Assembly (NCBI GenBank): GCA_951406725.2
Contig: OX597834.1
Location: 11,904,001-11,968,000 of the forward strand
DNA: 64,000 nucleotides
Source of the DNA: Octopus vulgaris
Taxonomy: Eukaryota
Reading direction: 5' to 3'
Shown here: in pieces, positions 1 through 12,166 of the stretch
How the letters are laid out: each line of letters starts with the position of its first letter
Position numbering within the stretch: position 1 is the stretch's first letter
The notes under the pieces: generated by a model
Seen by the model: the letters and a program-made list of their open reading frames with translations, nothing else
Told to the model about the DNA's origin: nothing
The model's database searches: none
Position numbers and translations under genes: made by a program

Positions 1-517
1 ACTTAATGATCTCTATCACGCTAATGTGTAACTATATGTTTCTTGATGCTGTATTATAAATATACAATCCATTTGTCCGAATGTTGTGGTTTTTGACGGG
101 GTTGGGTGTATTATACTGAGCAGCATTGCTCATTTTCCAGCGAAGTAAATTTGATCGATGTGGCATGAAGTTTTTTACTGACGAATAATACGTGTCACTC
201 AGTCCAAGAATTCAAACCTTAATATGATCAGGAGCGCAAGACACGAACAATTCCGAACATTCACCAACGCTTTCAGTTTCATAAATTTATATGGGTGTAT
301 ACGATATGCGTGTATACTTGTCTCTATGCACTTATGGGCTGTCTTCTGTATGTGTGTGTGTGCCTACATGCATTTCGCTGTGTGTCTGTGGTAATATGAG
401 ATTTACTTAGATTCTTCTCTCTCCAAATTAGAAGATTGAATGGAAGTGTTTTAACGTTTCTCTTAGAAAGAAAAGAAATAAGATTCTACACATATAATAG
501 AGAACATTTATTTCAGT

Positions 518-609
518 ATATATATATACATACACACACACATATACATACATACACACACATACATATACATACATACACACACATACATATACATACA
601 CACACACAC

Positions 610-650
<41 letters not shown>

Positions 651-856
651 CATACACACACATATATACATACACACACACACACATATACATACACACA
701 CACACACATATATACATACACACACATACACACATATATACATACACACACACACATATATATACATACATATATACATGTATGCAAACATATATACATA
801 CATATATACATACATATATACATACATATATACATACATACATATGTGTGTGTGTG
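518..856. repeat. Compound (CA/TA)n microsatellite
   Basis: Continuous interleaved CA, TA and TACA units; source of the H/T/Y/I and C/V/Y/M pseudo-ORFs at 428-888. Confidence 0.97.
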
Positions 857-1732
857 CTAAAATTCACAAACTAAATACAAAACTCTAAACAAAAATATCA
901 CTTATACGCTCTCTTCCTCGTGAACGCTTGACATGCCTCTTGGCGGATCAATATATGCATTTTTTTTTCCAACATAAATTACGTTGCACACACCGCATCT
1001 TGCTCGATCAAGAACAGATTGAGAACTCTTAATGCACCAATGCCTCATCTTCTTTACCTAAGCTACAAGGTCTCATGCAAAGACATTTACTTAAAATATA
1101 AAGCATATTCGATTCCTCTAGAAAGCAGACATTTTAGCACAAAGTTACATATAGAAAATCAATTTTCTATCTGCTTTCCTTTACTTGGAGTTTGTTATTT
1201 ATAATTTTTCAAGGCTATAATAGAATGAAATACTTTACACACATAATAAACATATATGTTTTGGCTGCTTATTCCTTGAACAATATTTATTGATTTTTAT
1301 TGGAGGGGGTGTTTTAAACTCCTTGTATAATAAATATCGATTTTCTAGTTATCTTTAAAATGTCAATAATGCACAATACTCTCTCTTTTCCCTTTTCGTC
1401 ATGAATCGCTTATAGAACCGGAGGTTCAAATATATGTTAAGTTCAAGATAACATGACTGCGAACGAGAATATATGTATTAACTTTAACCGAATCGTTTTT
1501 TAAAGTACAACAATGAATTAATTCCCTTGAAGGCGGAAGACTAAATATTTAACATGTATAATGATTGAGAAAATAGGATAGCTTAAAATCAATTATTTCT
1601 TTTGCATTGTTGAGAGAAGATAGACAATTCCGTCACCCACTCGAAATACTGATACACCAGTTAAGTAAAATTTCTGATGCGCAATTTGTGTGTTTCACAG
1701 AAAGACATTTTAGAATTTCTAATATTTAACAG

Positions 1733-1953
1733 CCCCCTCCAAAGCCCAACCGTTCTCCTCACCGTGGTGCTGGGGGTGGCAACGGCATATGGTAAGAATG
1801 CTGGCTAAACGGCTCTGGCCTGGGGAAAGACCTGGCCACCTACCCCAGTATCATGGCCAATATACTCTATGGATCAAAAGTGTAAGAATTTCTAAGAGGA
1901 CACTGATCCAACGAGTGACTGAGAGTCGACTTCGACTAAGCGGATAGAAAGAG
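1733..1953 (+). mobile_element. Retroposon fragment with RTE/BovA-like 3' tail
   Basis: gccacctaccccagtatcatggcc...gagagtcgacttcgactaagcg resembles the RTE/BovA tail (gcaacccactccagtattcttgcc...agagtcggacacgactgagcg); flanked by aatatttaacag (1721-1732) and aatatttaagag (1954-1965). Confidence 0.55.
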
Positions 1954-1980
1954 AATATTTAAGAGAAAAAGGATGGTTTA

Positions 1981-2213
1981 ATTACGGAGATGTACTTGGA
2001 TAGCAAGTGACCTGGTCTCAGATCACGTGTGCTGGAACGAAAACAATTGCAGCGTGGAAGGTGCTTATAAGCCATTTAAGAAACACACACAAAAAAAAAT
2101 CCGTTTGATTCATTTCAACATTCAAATTTAATTTGTCAAAATATTTTCGTCACTTTGAGACAGCGACCTGTTTATTGACAAAATTCCGTACTGCATCTCT
2201 TGTTGGATTGTTT
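1981..2213 (-). mobile_element. Short hammerhead-bearing element (Penelope-like/retrozyme-like)
   Basis: Flanked by an imperfect ~27-bp direct repeat (1954-1980 and 2214-2241); contains a hammerhead-shaped motif at 2132-2182. Confidence 0.5.
2132..2182 (-). ncRNA. Degenerate type I hammerhead ribozyme-like motif
   Basis: Minus strand: tttgtca|ATAAACA|g gtcgct gtctcaa agtgac|GAAA|atat|TT|tgacaaa. It has a 7-bp helix I, a 6-bp helix II and a palindromic loop III; the core is non-canonical. Confidence 0.5.
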
Positions 2214-2244
2214 AATATTTAACAGAAAAAAGGAATGTTTAAGA

Positions 2245-2595
2245 TAGGCTCATGCGTAAGAAGTTTGCCTACCAATCACATGCTTCCGAGTTCAGTCACA
2301 CTGCATGGCACAAATGTTTTCTAGCATAGCCTTGGGTTGACCAACGCCTTGTTACTGGATTTGGTAGATGGAAACTGAGAGAAAGCCGTCATATATCTAT
2401 CTGTTTGTCCCACCGCCACCAACACTTGGCAACCGGTTCAGTGCACTTCAGTCCCCGTAACCTAGCGGCTCGGTAAAATTTATCGATAAAAGGAATATCA
2501 GGCTTAAAACAAAAATTAATACTGGAGTCGATTCATTCGTCTAAAATTCTTGAAAGTGATCCCTAAATTGGCAGCAGCCTAATGAGTGAAAATTG
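2245..2595 (+). mobile_element. SINE family A, old diverged copy
   Basis: Diverged match to family A head, body and tail (aagaagtttgcctaccaatcacatg...ggatttggtagatggaaactga...ggagtcgattcattcg). Confidence 0.75.
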
Positions 2596-2934
2596 TGAGT
2601 GGTTGTGTGCTAAGTAGCTTGCTAACCAACCACATGGTTCCGGGTTCAGTCCCATTGCGTGGCACCTTGGGCAAGTGTCCTCTAGTATTGCCACGGGTCG
2701 ACCAAAGCCTTGTGAGTTGATTTGGTAGACGGAAACTGAAAGAAGCCCGACGTATATATGTGTGTATATATATTGTGTGTGTGTGTGCTTGTGTGTCTGT
2801 GTTTGCACACCCCAACATCGCTTGACAACCGATGCTGGTGTATTTACGTCCCCGTAACTTAGTGGTTCGACAAAAGAGATCGATAGAATATGTACTAGGC
2901 TTACAGCGAATACGTCCAGGAGTCGATTTGCTCG
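2596..2934 (+). mobile_element. SINE family A (tRNA-derived CORE-SINE, octopus OR1-like), 3' truncated
   Basis: A/B-box-like head (tggttgtgtgctaag...ggttcagtcc), CORE-like gcaccttgggcaagtgtc, internal TA/TG tract; many near-identical copies in the window. Confidence 0.9.
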
Positions 2935-3001
2935 TTATACTAATACTTCTGTTTGTTGTCTACACCACCTCTCTTCGTCTTTTCTTTTTTTCGTAAACTC
3001 T

Positions 3002-3051
<50 letters not shown>

Positions 3052-3236
3052 ATAATTCGTAAACAGTAAAAAATTTAAATACAGACATAGACAAGAACAT
3101 GAAATCACTTTCGTGTGGAAAGAGACGACACATAAATGAACCACAGGACGGGACATTCATTTAGCTCGACACATGTTTCGAGTCATCAATTCAAGAACCA
3201 GATCATCTTCGCAATTTATATATAGAGAGAGAGAGG

Positions 3237-4392
3237 AGTCAGAATTTCGGAAAAAAATCTTTCTATTTCTTTATTATAACGCTTTCGTTCCTTTCTCGAA
3301 CTTGTCAAATTAAATGTTGCGAATGTACAAACAGCTTGTTTATTTATATAGAACAGATGTCTTTTTGTTTTCTTGTGTTTTTTTTAGATGAGAACATTGT
3401 TTTTTTCTTTGTTTTTTCTTTTTGGTGGGGGCCCATGACAAGGGGGCTGGATAGAAATATAGGCTGGTAGATAGATAAATAGATAGACGAATAGAAATAG
3501 ATAGATAGTCAGACAGATAGAGAGAGAGAATGGGTGTCCCCCTTCCTATTCACCATTTATTTATTTAATCCTTAACCATTGTATTGGAATGGGTTTAGGG
3601 TTGTGACCTCTTAAGGTGCGGTTTGATCGTAACTGAAATTCAGTTTGCTTTCTTTCTCTCTTCCCCTTTTCCTTCTTTTTTCCCCCCTTTCTTTTTCTCC
3701 TGTTTGAGTTATAGTTTTTTGGGTGAGGTTCTATGACAATTGAAATGGGTTAGGGTTAGATTGGAAGGATTAGGGTTAGACAGTACATTTTATATTCTAA
3801 ATATAACTGAAAGAGGAGGAAACGAAAGAACGAAGGAATAAAGAAGGAAAAAGGGAAGAGAGAAAGAAAGCAAGTTGACTTTCTGTGATGACCAACCTCT
3901 ATCTGTTTTTTGTTTTGTTTTTGAACAGGTCACCATCCTTAAACCCATTCCAACACAATGGTAAATGACTACAAAAACATGATAAATGAATGGTGAATAA
4001 CAAGAGGGATGCCGCTTATCTATCTATCCTTTTTTTCCCTTTTACGATCACTTTTGATCGAAAACCTACGCCACTTTTTTTTTTCATCCCCCAAAAGAAA
4101 AGCTCTACCTTGTAATTTGTCCCATCTGTGTGCAGCCCTGTGTGGCTAATAAAGAAACTTATCTATCTATTTATCTATCAACCTACCTGTATTTCTATCT
4201 ATCCATCTCCAATGTCATAGAAACTCACCCCATAAAAAACAAAGTGTTCTCTTCTAAAAGAAAAAAAAGATCCAGAATGAACAAGCTGTTTGTATATTCA
4301 AAAATTTTCTTTGACAAGTTCGAGAAAGAAACGAAAGCGCTAATAATAGTGAAGAAATAAAGAGATTTTTTTTTTCCAAAATTTTGACGACT
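3237..4392. mobile_element. Foldback / long-TIR non-autonomous DNA element
   Basis: About 3237-3700 is an imperfect reverse complement of about 3820-4392, e.g. gctttcgttcctttctcgaacttgtcaaa vs tttgacaagttcgagaaagaaacgaaagc and ttggaatgggtttagg vs cttaaacccattccaa; TTAGGG-like centre; right arm interrupted at about 4030-4158. Confidence 0.8.
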
Positions 4393-4535
4393 TTTTTTTC
4401 TCAACATTCAACTTCTGTACATCACACATAACACTCTATACATACATATATTCACACACGTATATATATATATATTTGATATATTCAGGTCTAGTTCTTT
4501 TTGTGTCTACTTCAATACAGCAATATATATATATG

Positions 4536-4566
<31 letters not shown>

Positions 4567-4568
4567 GC

Positions 4569-4677
4569 AACCGCTAATTTACGGGGACATAAACAAAACA
4601 ACATTGGTCGTCAAGCGGTGACAGTGAGAGTAACTCAGACACACAAACATGTGTGTATGTGTGTGTGTGTGTGTGTA

Positions 4678-4709
<32 letters not shown>

Positions 4710-4859
4710 CATGACGGAAATCGTTCGTTTCCGCCTACCAAGGCTTTGGTTGGCCCCGAGGCAATAGTAGAAGACATTTGCCGAAGGTGCCGAGCAGTGA
4801 GACTGAACCCGGAACCATGTGGTTCGGAAGTAAACTTCTTACGAAACAGCCACACCTGT
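4569..4859 (-). mobile_element. SINE family A, diverged/truncated
   Basis: Reverse-complement match to family A head, CORE and microsatellite segment. Confidence 0.85.
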
Positions 4860-5126
4860 AAATTTTCATTAGCATTCCGTGAGTGATATGTTCTTTACAT
4901 ATAACCTAAATCTATTCGTGAAGTTTGAGCCTGCTTGGACAATTTAGCGGAATGATAACTATCTGAGCGTTGCGTATGTATGTGCAAGCATTTGTCCTAC
5001 TGATGCTCTTCAGAGTAAATATTTTTTAACTTTCTTCAACTTGTCTCTCTTCCTTTACTCCTTCTCTTTATGTTTAGTCTCTTAGTCTCCCCTTCAGTCG
5101 TTTAGATTTATCTTCCTCTCTCTATA

Positions 5127-5550
5127 GGTGCAAGATTGGCTGTCTCGAGTTCAGTCCCACTGCGTGGCACCTTGGGCAAGTGTCTTCTACTACAGCCTAG
5201 GGGCCGACCAAAGTCTTGTTAGTGGATTTAGTCGACGGAAACTGAAAGAAGCCCATCGTATATGTGTGCGTATATATATATATATATTTTTTCATAAAGC
5301 TTCCCGTTATATATATATATGAATATGTGTGTGTATATGTTTGTGTGTCTGTGTTTGTTCCCCCAACATCGCTCGACAACCGATGCTGGTGTGCTTACGT
5401 CCCCTTAACTTAGCGGTTCGGCAAAATACACCGATAGAATAAGTCTAGGCTTACAAAGAATGAGTCCTGATGTCGATTTGTTTGGCTAAAGGCGGTGCCC
5501 CAGCATGGCCACATTCAAGTAACTGAAACGAGTAAAGGAGTAAAAGAGTA
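5127..5550 (+). mobile_element. SINE family A with head deletion
   Basis: CORE gcaccttgggcaagtgtc, 3' tail ggcggtgccccagcatggcc...gagtaaaagag. Confidence 0.9.
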
Positions 5551-5891
5551 ACACTCCCTATCTATCATCTTCGTTCCCTCTCTCCCCTCCTCCGCCTCTC
5601 TGTCTCTTCATAGTTTCCTCCCTTTGTTTTATTTCCCCTCCTATTACTACTACTACTACTACTACTAGTTCTACTATACGTTAGCTTGAATGAAATTCTT
5701 ATCTGTGTAGATATATTTATAAATATAGTTATGCCACAAAACGAAGTTTATTCTATTAGCTGTGCAAATGTAAGTTAGAGAAATGAACAGAAGCGAACAT
5801 AGTAAAATATGAGTAAGTTTTTCTGAAAAAAACTTTATTGTAATATTTGTCATTTAATTGATTTTAGATCATTCCAAGATACACACACGCT

Positions 5892-5922
<31 letters not shown>

Positions 5923-6652
5923 GTAAACACACACAAAATATATACAAACACAAATGCGTACACAGGTGCAACCATAAATACAGTGTGTCTGCGCTGCGGT
6001 CTATACCTTCCTGTCTAGAACCACAGAAACAGAACAAAATCATAACAAATTTATTTGTTCTGTAAACTTTTAGATGTAAAATTGCTTTTCAATGTTCCTG
6101 TCTTTGCCAATATATCAAGAATGCTACATCATCATTTCTTTCTATTCTGTTTCTGTTTTATTATATTATCATAGAAGCAGTTTATCGTTAATCAATATAT
6201 TTGACTAGTTTATGGCGGGAATCGCATCTCGCGCCTAGATGAAGCATTGACGGCACTATAATGTGGAAAAAATAATGTTGCACGATCAGTTTGCGTCTGT
6301 TGGAATTTTTGTAATAAAAATTGATCTATCGGCTTTCTCTGCACTCCAAATACGACGAAACGATTACACGAAATCATTTCACTTTAGTCCATGATATCTA
6401 GTTGGATTTGTTTTGCGTGTATTTTCTTTAAAATCTTCAAAAAAGATATTCATTAATTATCTACTTGTGTTTTAATTGGGCACACATTTACTCAAATGCG
6501 TTTGTGTAATAGCTATCAATAAATTCGGAAACGTTTTTTTTTTTCCCCCCCAGAGATTTATATCTCTGATCAACAAAATATAATTACTCTTACCACGTAT
6601 TAAAATTCATATACGTCATACACATCCCACACTCAGACATATGTAAGAGATC

Positions 6653-6694
<42 letters not shown>

Positions 6695-6828
6695 AAGTGT
6701 ATGATGGTAGGGATAAATTTATACATATACACATATCTACATGATGATGTATACATATAATGAAACAAACACTGTGACTATCACAGATACGCACATACAC
6801 GCACTCACAGACACGCGCGCGCACGTAG

Positions 6829-7218
6829 CTTTTACTCTTTTACTTGTTTTAGTCATTTGACAGCGGTCATGCTGTAGCACCGCCTTTAGTGGAGCAAATC
6901 GACCTAAGGACTTATTCTTTGTAAGCCTAATACTTATTCTATTTATCTCTTTTGCTGAACCGTTAAGTTACTGGGAAGTAAACGCAACAGCATCGGTTGT
7001 CAAGCGGTGTTGGGGGGACAAACACAGGAACACAAACACACACATATATACATATATACGACGGGCTTCTTTCAGTTTCCGTCTACCAAATCCACTCAAA
7101 AGGTTTTGGTCGGCCCGAGGTTTTATAGTAGAAGACACTTGCACAGGGTACCACGCAGTGGGACCGAACTCAGAACCATATGGTTGGTAAGCAAGCTACT
7201 TACCACACAGCCACTCCT
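6829..7218 (-). mobile_element. SINE family A, near full length
   Basis: Reverse complement from tail (cttttactcttttac) to head (accacacagccactcct). Confidence 0.92.
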
Positions 7219-7515
7219 AGAGAGATAGAGAGACAAACAAAGTGAGAATTGAGATGAAAGACAATACCAAGCTTTTCGGAATACAATTGTTCGAAAACTA
7301 AAAGAAAACAAGGATCTAGTAAAATAAAATAATAAAGTGTTCTATGTTCTTATAAATCTTCCCTCTCTGTATGTTTATTTTATTGGAAGGGACACGGATA
7401 TCCGATTTACGGAACGGTGTAAGTTTAAAAAAAAAACTGAAATTATTACTCTATTTGAAACCTTCAGAAAGTTTGTGTATATTACACGTATATTTCTATA
7501 TTATTCAACGTATAC

Positions 7516-7747
7516 ATTTCTTTAGTACCCACATGGGGCTAAACACAGAGGGGTCAAACAAGGATAGACAGACGGATTAAGTCGATTATATCGACCCCAG
7601 TGCGTAACTAGTATTTAATTTATAGACCCCGAAAGGGTGAAAGGCAAAGTCGACCTCGGCGGAATTTGAACTCACAACGTAACGGCAGACGAAATACGGC
7701 TACGCATTTCGCCCGGCGTGCTAACGTTTCTGACAGCTCGCCACCTT
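7516..7747 (-). mobile_element. SINE family B (tRNA-derived, Meta/Sauria-like central domain)
   Basis: Reverse complement of aaggyggcgagctg...gagttcaaattcc...gactttgcctttca-cctttcggggtc...gtactaaagaaat; multi-copy in the window. Confidence 0.9.
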
Positions 7748-8354
7748 AAATTCAAATGTATCGATTTCAAGTATAATGGCGAAAGTTTTATCTCGCATGG
7801 ACTGATTGTGGCACAAATCTATTATTTCTAAATCGGTCTCGAACTAGAAATGCACTGAAGAGGTCTAAGCTTGAAGAATAAAAAAAAACATATTTTGATA
7901 TATTAAATATATTATTAAAGATGTGAACTTTTAATTTATCTTCAATTAACGGTCAATCAAAGTTCACATTAGTCTGATATCAAAGAGACACGAGATGCTA
8001 AGAACTTTATTTGTGTATTCTTTCAGATTTCATTTGAAAATTAGTAACTTTAAGTGGTTTATAAAAAGCAAAAGAAATTATTCCTCCACAAGGTCATTAC
8101 CATTTCGTCATTGAAGTGTTGTACGCTTGCGGAAATAATACGCAAATAAATATTTACAAACTAGTCAAAATATCACATAATTGTAAATATTTAATATGTT
8201 TAAATTCTAAATACGAATGTCATACTTCTGAACTTATAACCGTTTTAACAATAAATTGTGTCAACTATTTAGACATTTGATAAATGCTGGGAAAATTTGG
8301 TATATGTTATCTTTGTTTCTTACTTATATAAAGAAAATCTATTTATATACGCCG

Positions 8355-8500
8355 ACAGACTATGTGGTTAACTGCTCGCTATGCAGGCAGGTGGTGCAGG
8401 GCTCAGTTCGCGGCAAGGGTCTTCTACTATAATTTCCTGCCAACCAATGCTTTGCGATTGAATTTGTAGAACGGAAACTGAATGGAAGCTAGTGTTTGTG
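8355..8500 (+). mobile_element. SINE family A, decayed 5' fragment
   Basis: ggcaagggtcttctactata...gaatttgtagaacggaaactgaatggaagc followed by (TG)n. Confidence 0.6.
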
Positions 8501-8993
8501 TGTGTGTGTGTGTGTTTAGAAGGTTGTTTGTTTTGGCTAGTCAGAGAGTCACACTGGTTTTCGAAACGTATGATCAGAGAGTAGCCATAGGTTTTGAAAT
8601 TTCAATTTGTTTAGCCTTATGGGTGATTTTTCAGACGTAAATAGCCGGGGAAGCATACACTCTCTACCGCTGAAGGGGGGAAAACGTTATGGTTAATAGT
8701 GGAGAGGTTATGCCCTTCCATGCAATGAGTCTTACAAGTCGCTTAAACAGCTGTGTTCTTTATAGGCGCGAAACCATTGGTCACTCTAGCACCAGCCATA
8801 AGAAACAACCTTCTAGATATTACAGTACTAATCTTTTAGAGTAGGCTCCACTCTGCACTTACGAACTACTGACCGATATATATGTATGTGTGTGCATGTA
8901 TGTGAGTGTGTGAGCGTGTGATATAAGACTACTAAGAAACTGATTACATATGAAAATATTCAGGACTTTGCAGGATATCTTAACTAAAATTCA

Positions 8994-9369
8994 GGCGCAG
9001 GAGTGGCTGTGTGGTAAGTAGCTTGCTTACCAACGACATGATTCCGGGCTCAGTCCCACTGCGTGGCATCTTGGGCAAGTGTCTTCTGTTATATCCCCGG
9101 GCCGACCAATGCCTTGTGAGTGGATTTGGTAGACGGAAACTGAAAGAAGCCTGTCGTATATGTGTATATGTATGTGTTTGTGTGTCTGTGTTTGTCCCCC
9201 TAGCATTGCTTGACAACCGATGCTGGTGTGTTTACGTCCCCGTCACTTTGCGGTTCGGTAAAAGAGACCGATACAATAAGTACTGGGCTTACAAAGAATA
9301 AGTCCTAGGGTCGATTTGCTCGACTAAAGGCCGAAGTGAAATGACTGAAACATGTAAAAGAGTAAAAGA
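8994..9369 (+). mobile_element. SINE family A, near full length
   Basis: ggcgcaggagtggctgtgtggtaag head through gactgaaacatgtaaaagagtaaaag tail. Confidence 0.93.
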
Positions 9370-10310
9370 AAGTATTTATAATGTTCGGGAAACACAGAGC
9401 TGAACAATACGTTTGCACGTGGAAAGAAATAATGATATTCTTCATTTAAAATTTTAATAAGTTGATGCAGAAATGTAGAGATACGAACAAAAAATTGATT
9501 TGCGGTAAAAATAAATTGTTATTAAGCCTTGGTTTATAATAATGCATTTACAAAAAGAAATAAAGATGTACTTGTTTCTGTAGATATGAGTACTCAGTGT
9601 TTGATGTGTTCATGATATTTCTTTAAAGATACGAAGTAATAACGTTTGATGTGCCTGAAATAGTTAAATAGTGCGATATACGATGACTTGTATGACATTC
9701 AGTGAAAGGTACAAAGTTGAAGCGAATCTGGATATTGATCCGTAGTGCCTATTTTCCGGCGATACGTTTGAGAGAAAATGCCCTCAAGGTTTAAAGGTCA
9801 AAGATAGTGAAAATTTTCTAATTGTTTAATAAATAACTTGTTAGAATTTCTCCAATTACTTTATCGATCAAATAATATATGGGGTCAAAGTAAAGGGTTA
9901 TTGAATTATGGTAAAGATTATTGAGAGGCTATGGCAAATGTCACAATAATGGTAAGTTAAATATTCTTGATATTAAGGGAGGAAAAAATCGTTTATCTCA
10001 AAGCAATATAGTTTTTAAGTTCACACCACAAACATATTTTATGAAACCTATCTGATATTTCTATCAATGAGGTTTCTATTTCATATATCACTCTGCGGAA
10101 CATTTAACCTCGGGGCTTTTACGCTCCCATTTGAAATGCGTATGTTGGCAGTAATGTTTCCTCAAATCGCGACATGCCGTCATATGAAATGACAGATTAG
10201 TTAATGGAGTTTTTATAATAAGAATGGGTGGTCTTTTACGTCTGGAACACTTTATAACCCTGGCGTGGGATGAGCGATCAATACAGTGCAATTAATATGC
10301 CATGATAAGT

Positions 10311-10708
10311 CTCTTTACTCTCTTTTACCTGTTTCAGTCATTTGGCTGCGGCCATGCTGGAGCACCGCCTTTAGTCGAGCAAATCCACCCAGGGACTTAT
10401 TCTTTGTAAGCCCAGTACTTATTCCATCGGTCTCTTTTGCCGAACCGTTAAGTGACGGGGACGTAAACTCATCACCATCGGTTGTCAAGCAATGCTAGGG
10501 GGACAAACACAAACATATACACACACACATACATATACACATATACGACAGGCTTCTTTCAATTTCCGTCTACCAAATCCACTCACAAGGCATTGGTCGG
10601 CCCGCGGCTATAGCAGAAGTCACTTGCCCAAGATGCCACGCAGTGGGACTAAACCCGGAACCATGTGGTTGCTAAGCAAGCTACTTACCACACAGCCACT
10701 CCTGCGCC
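10311..10708 (-). mobile_element. SINE family A, full length
   Basis: Reverse-complement complete copy, ends ccactcctgcgcc. Confidence 0.93.
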
Positions 10709-11980
10709 TATTGTTTAACATTTTAGCATAAGTCCAACAATTTTAGGCATATAAAGTCGGCTCCAGCATAGGATCGATACTTTATTTTATCGACATCGAA
10801 GGGATGAAAAAAAAAATGACTTCGGTGAGATTTGAACTGAGAACGGGCAGTAATATCAGCATCAAGAACTAAAACAGAAATTGAAAACGTACGTCGAATT
10901 TTCTGCATATAATAGACATAAGCTTTTGTAAAGTAATTTTCAACATTATAGCGTAAAAATCTATCGTTCGATATATTGAAATATTTCAACAAATCTAGTG
11001 TCCAAAAAAAAAAACGATCGAAGAGCGATTTTGTATTTATCCAATACTAATATATCTAATCAAACGAACATTTTCCTATTTTATTCATTTTAATTTTCTC
11101 ATGTCTAACATTGATTCATATCAGATATAGTTTTTTTATATACAATTATAGGAATTATATGATATTGTTTCTGCTTGTAGTTCTTCATAGAATAACATGT
11201 GTGTACGTGCGTATCAGCGTGTGTATCGTGCTTTTATAATGCGTCAGCTGCATTTTTTTCTATGCTGAATCTAATAAACCATTCACGATTATCATAGTGT
11301 TCAAATGGTGATTCGTTAAAATTTATATTATCACAATTTCCACTGTCATTTCATTGTTTTTGCATTGCCAAACATTCCTTTATGTATTCGTTTCATGTTT
11401 CAATCGATAATCGAACAAAAATAAACATGTTTTAAAAAATAAATACAACATCTACATTTATTGTTACATGAATGATATTTCACAGATAATGTATAAATGG
11501 CTATTTGGCTTTTTGTACAATATTTTCAGACTGCCAAATTAGTTTTATAGAAAGGTACAGCATATTATAGATGCTTCATGGTAAGTTGTTTTCAAATTCA
11601 CTCTTGACAGATCAAGTACCACTTTAGTTGACCTTACTTGTATCCATTCAGAATATGCAGACGACCATAAAATTTATAACTTTAAAACGTATATCATCTT
11701 CTATCGACACTATTTCCCCATCTGCTGTATACTAACCATATATATATTCGATTGATTTTCGTGTTTCTAAAATCATTGGTTTTAAGAGCGACTTCAGAAA
11801 AAAATCAAAATGTGAGCGTAAGTATGGAAGAAAAATACTAGAGAATTGAAATTACTTTCTCCCTCTTAGTCACACACATTGTTGAAGGTCTTTTGTCTCG
11901 TTTTGTCTCATATTCTTAGGAGATTCGAAGGCAATAGAAGCAATGCCGCCCCATTTTCCTTTTTCTAGAGAATAAATGTG

Positions 11981-12166
11981 CCTTTCTAATATAGGCACAA
12001 GGGCCGAAAGTTTGGAGGTGTCTTAGTCGATTACTTCGATCACAGCACTTTTGATGGTATTTGTTTTATTAACACTGAAAGGAAGGAAAAGTAAGTTATG
12101 CCTTGGTGAAATTAGAACTTAGAAGGTAACGAGGCGGAAGAAATGTCGCTAAGCATTTTCGCCAGC
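11981..12166 (-). mobile_element. SINE family B, older variant
   Basis: Diverged match (ataggcacaagggccgaaag...gtcgattac...gaaaggaaggaaaagtaag...gctaagcatttt), abutting a family A copy. Confidence 0.65.

Noticed and set aside
428-888. Overlapping 108-150-aa ORFs, and similar ones at 31257, 32587, 43023, 54323, 62239 and 63577
   Set aside because: They are translations of (CA/TA)n microsatellites, which lack stop codons in several frames; there is no coding complexity.
2563-2818. Recurring peptides such as RHLPKVPRSGTEPGTMWLVSKLLTTQP in many ORFs
   Set aside because: These are antisense translations of SINE family A copies, not a gene family.
3160-3213. Minus-strand gcGAAGA...gactcGAAAcatgtg; similar partial motifs at 7855, 21285-21330 and 32280-32340
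   Set aside because: Too many core or stem defects (G at position 17, missing helix I) to distinguish from chance without family consensi.
3745-3782. TTAGGG repeats as a telomere or interstitial telomeric site
   Set aside because: Only a few imperfect units, located in the spacer of a foldback element.
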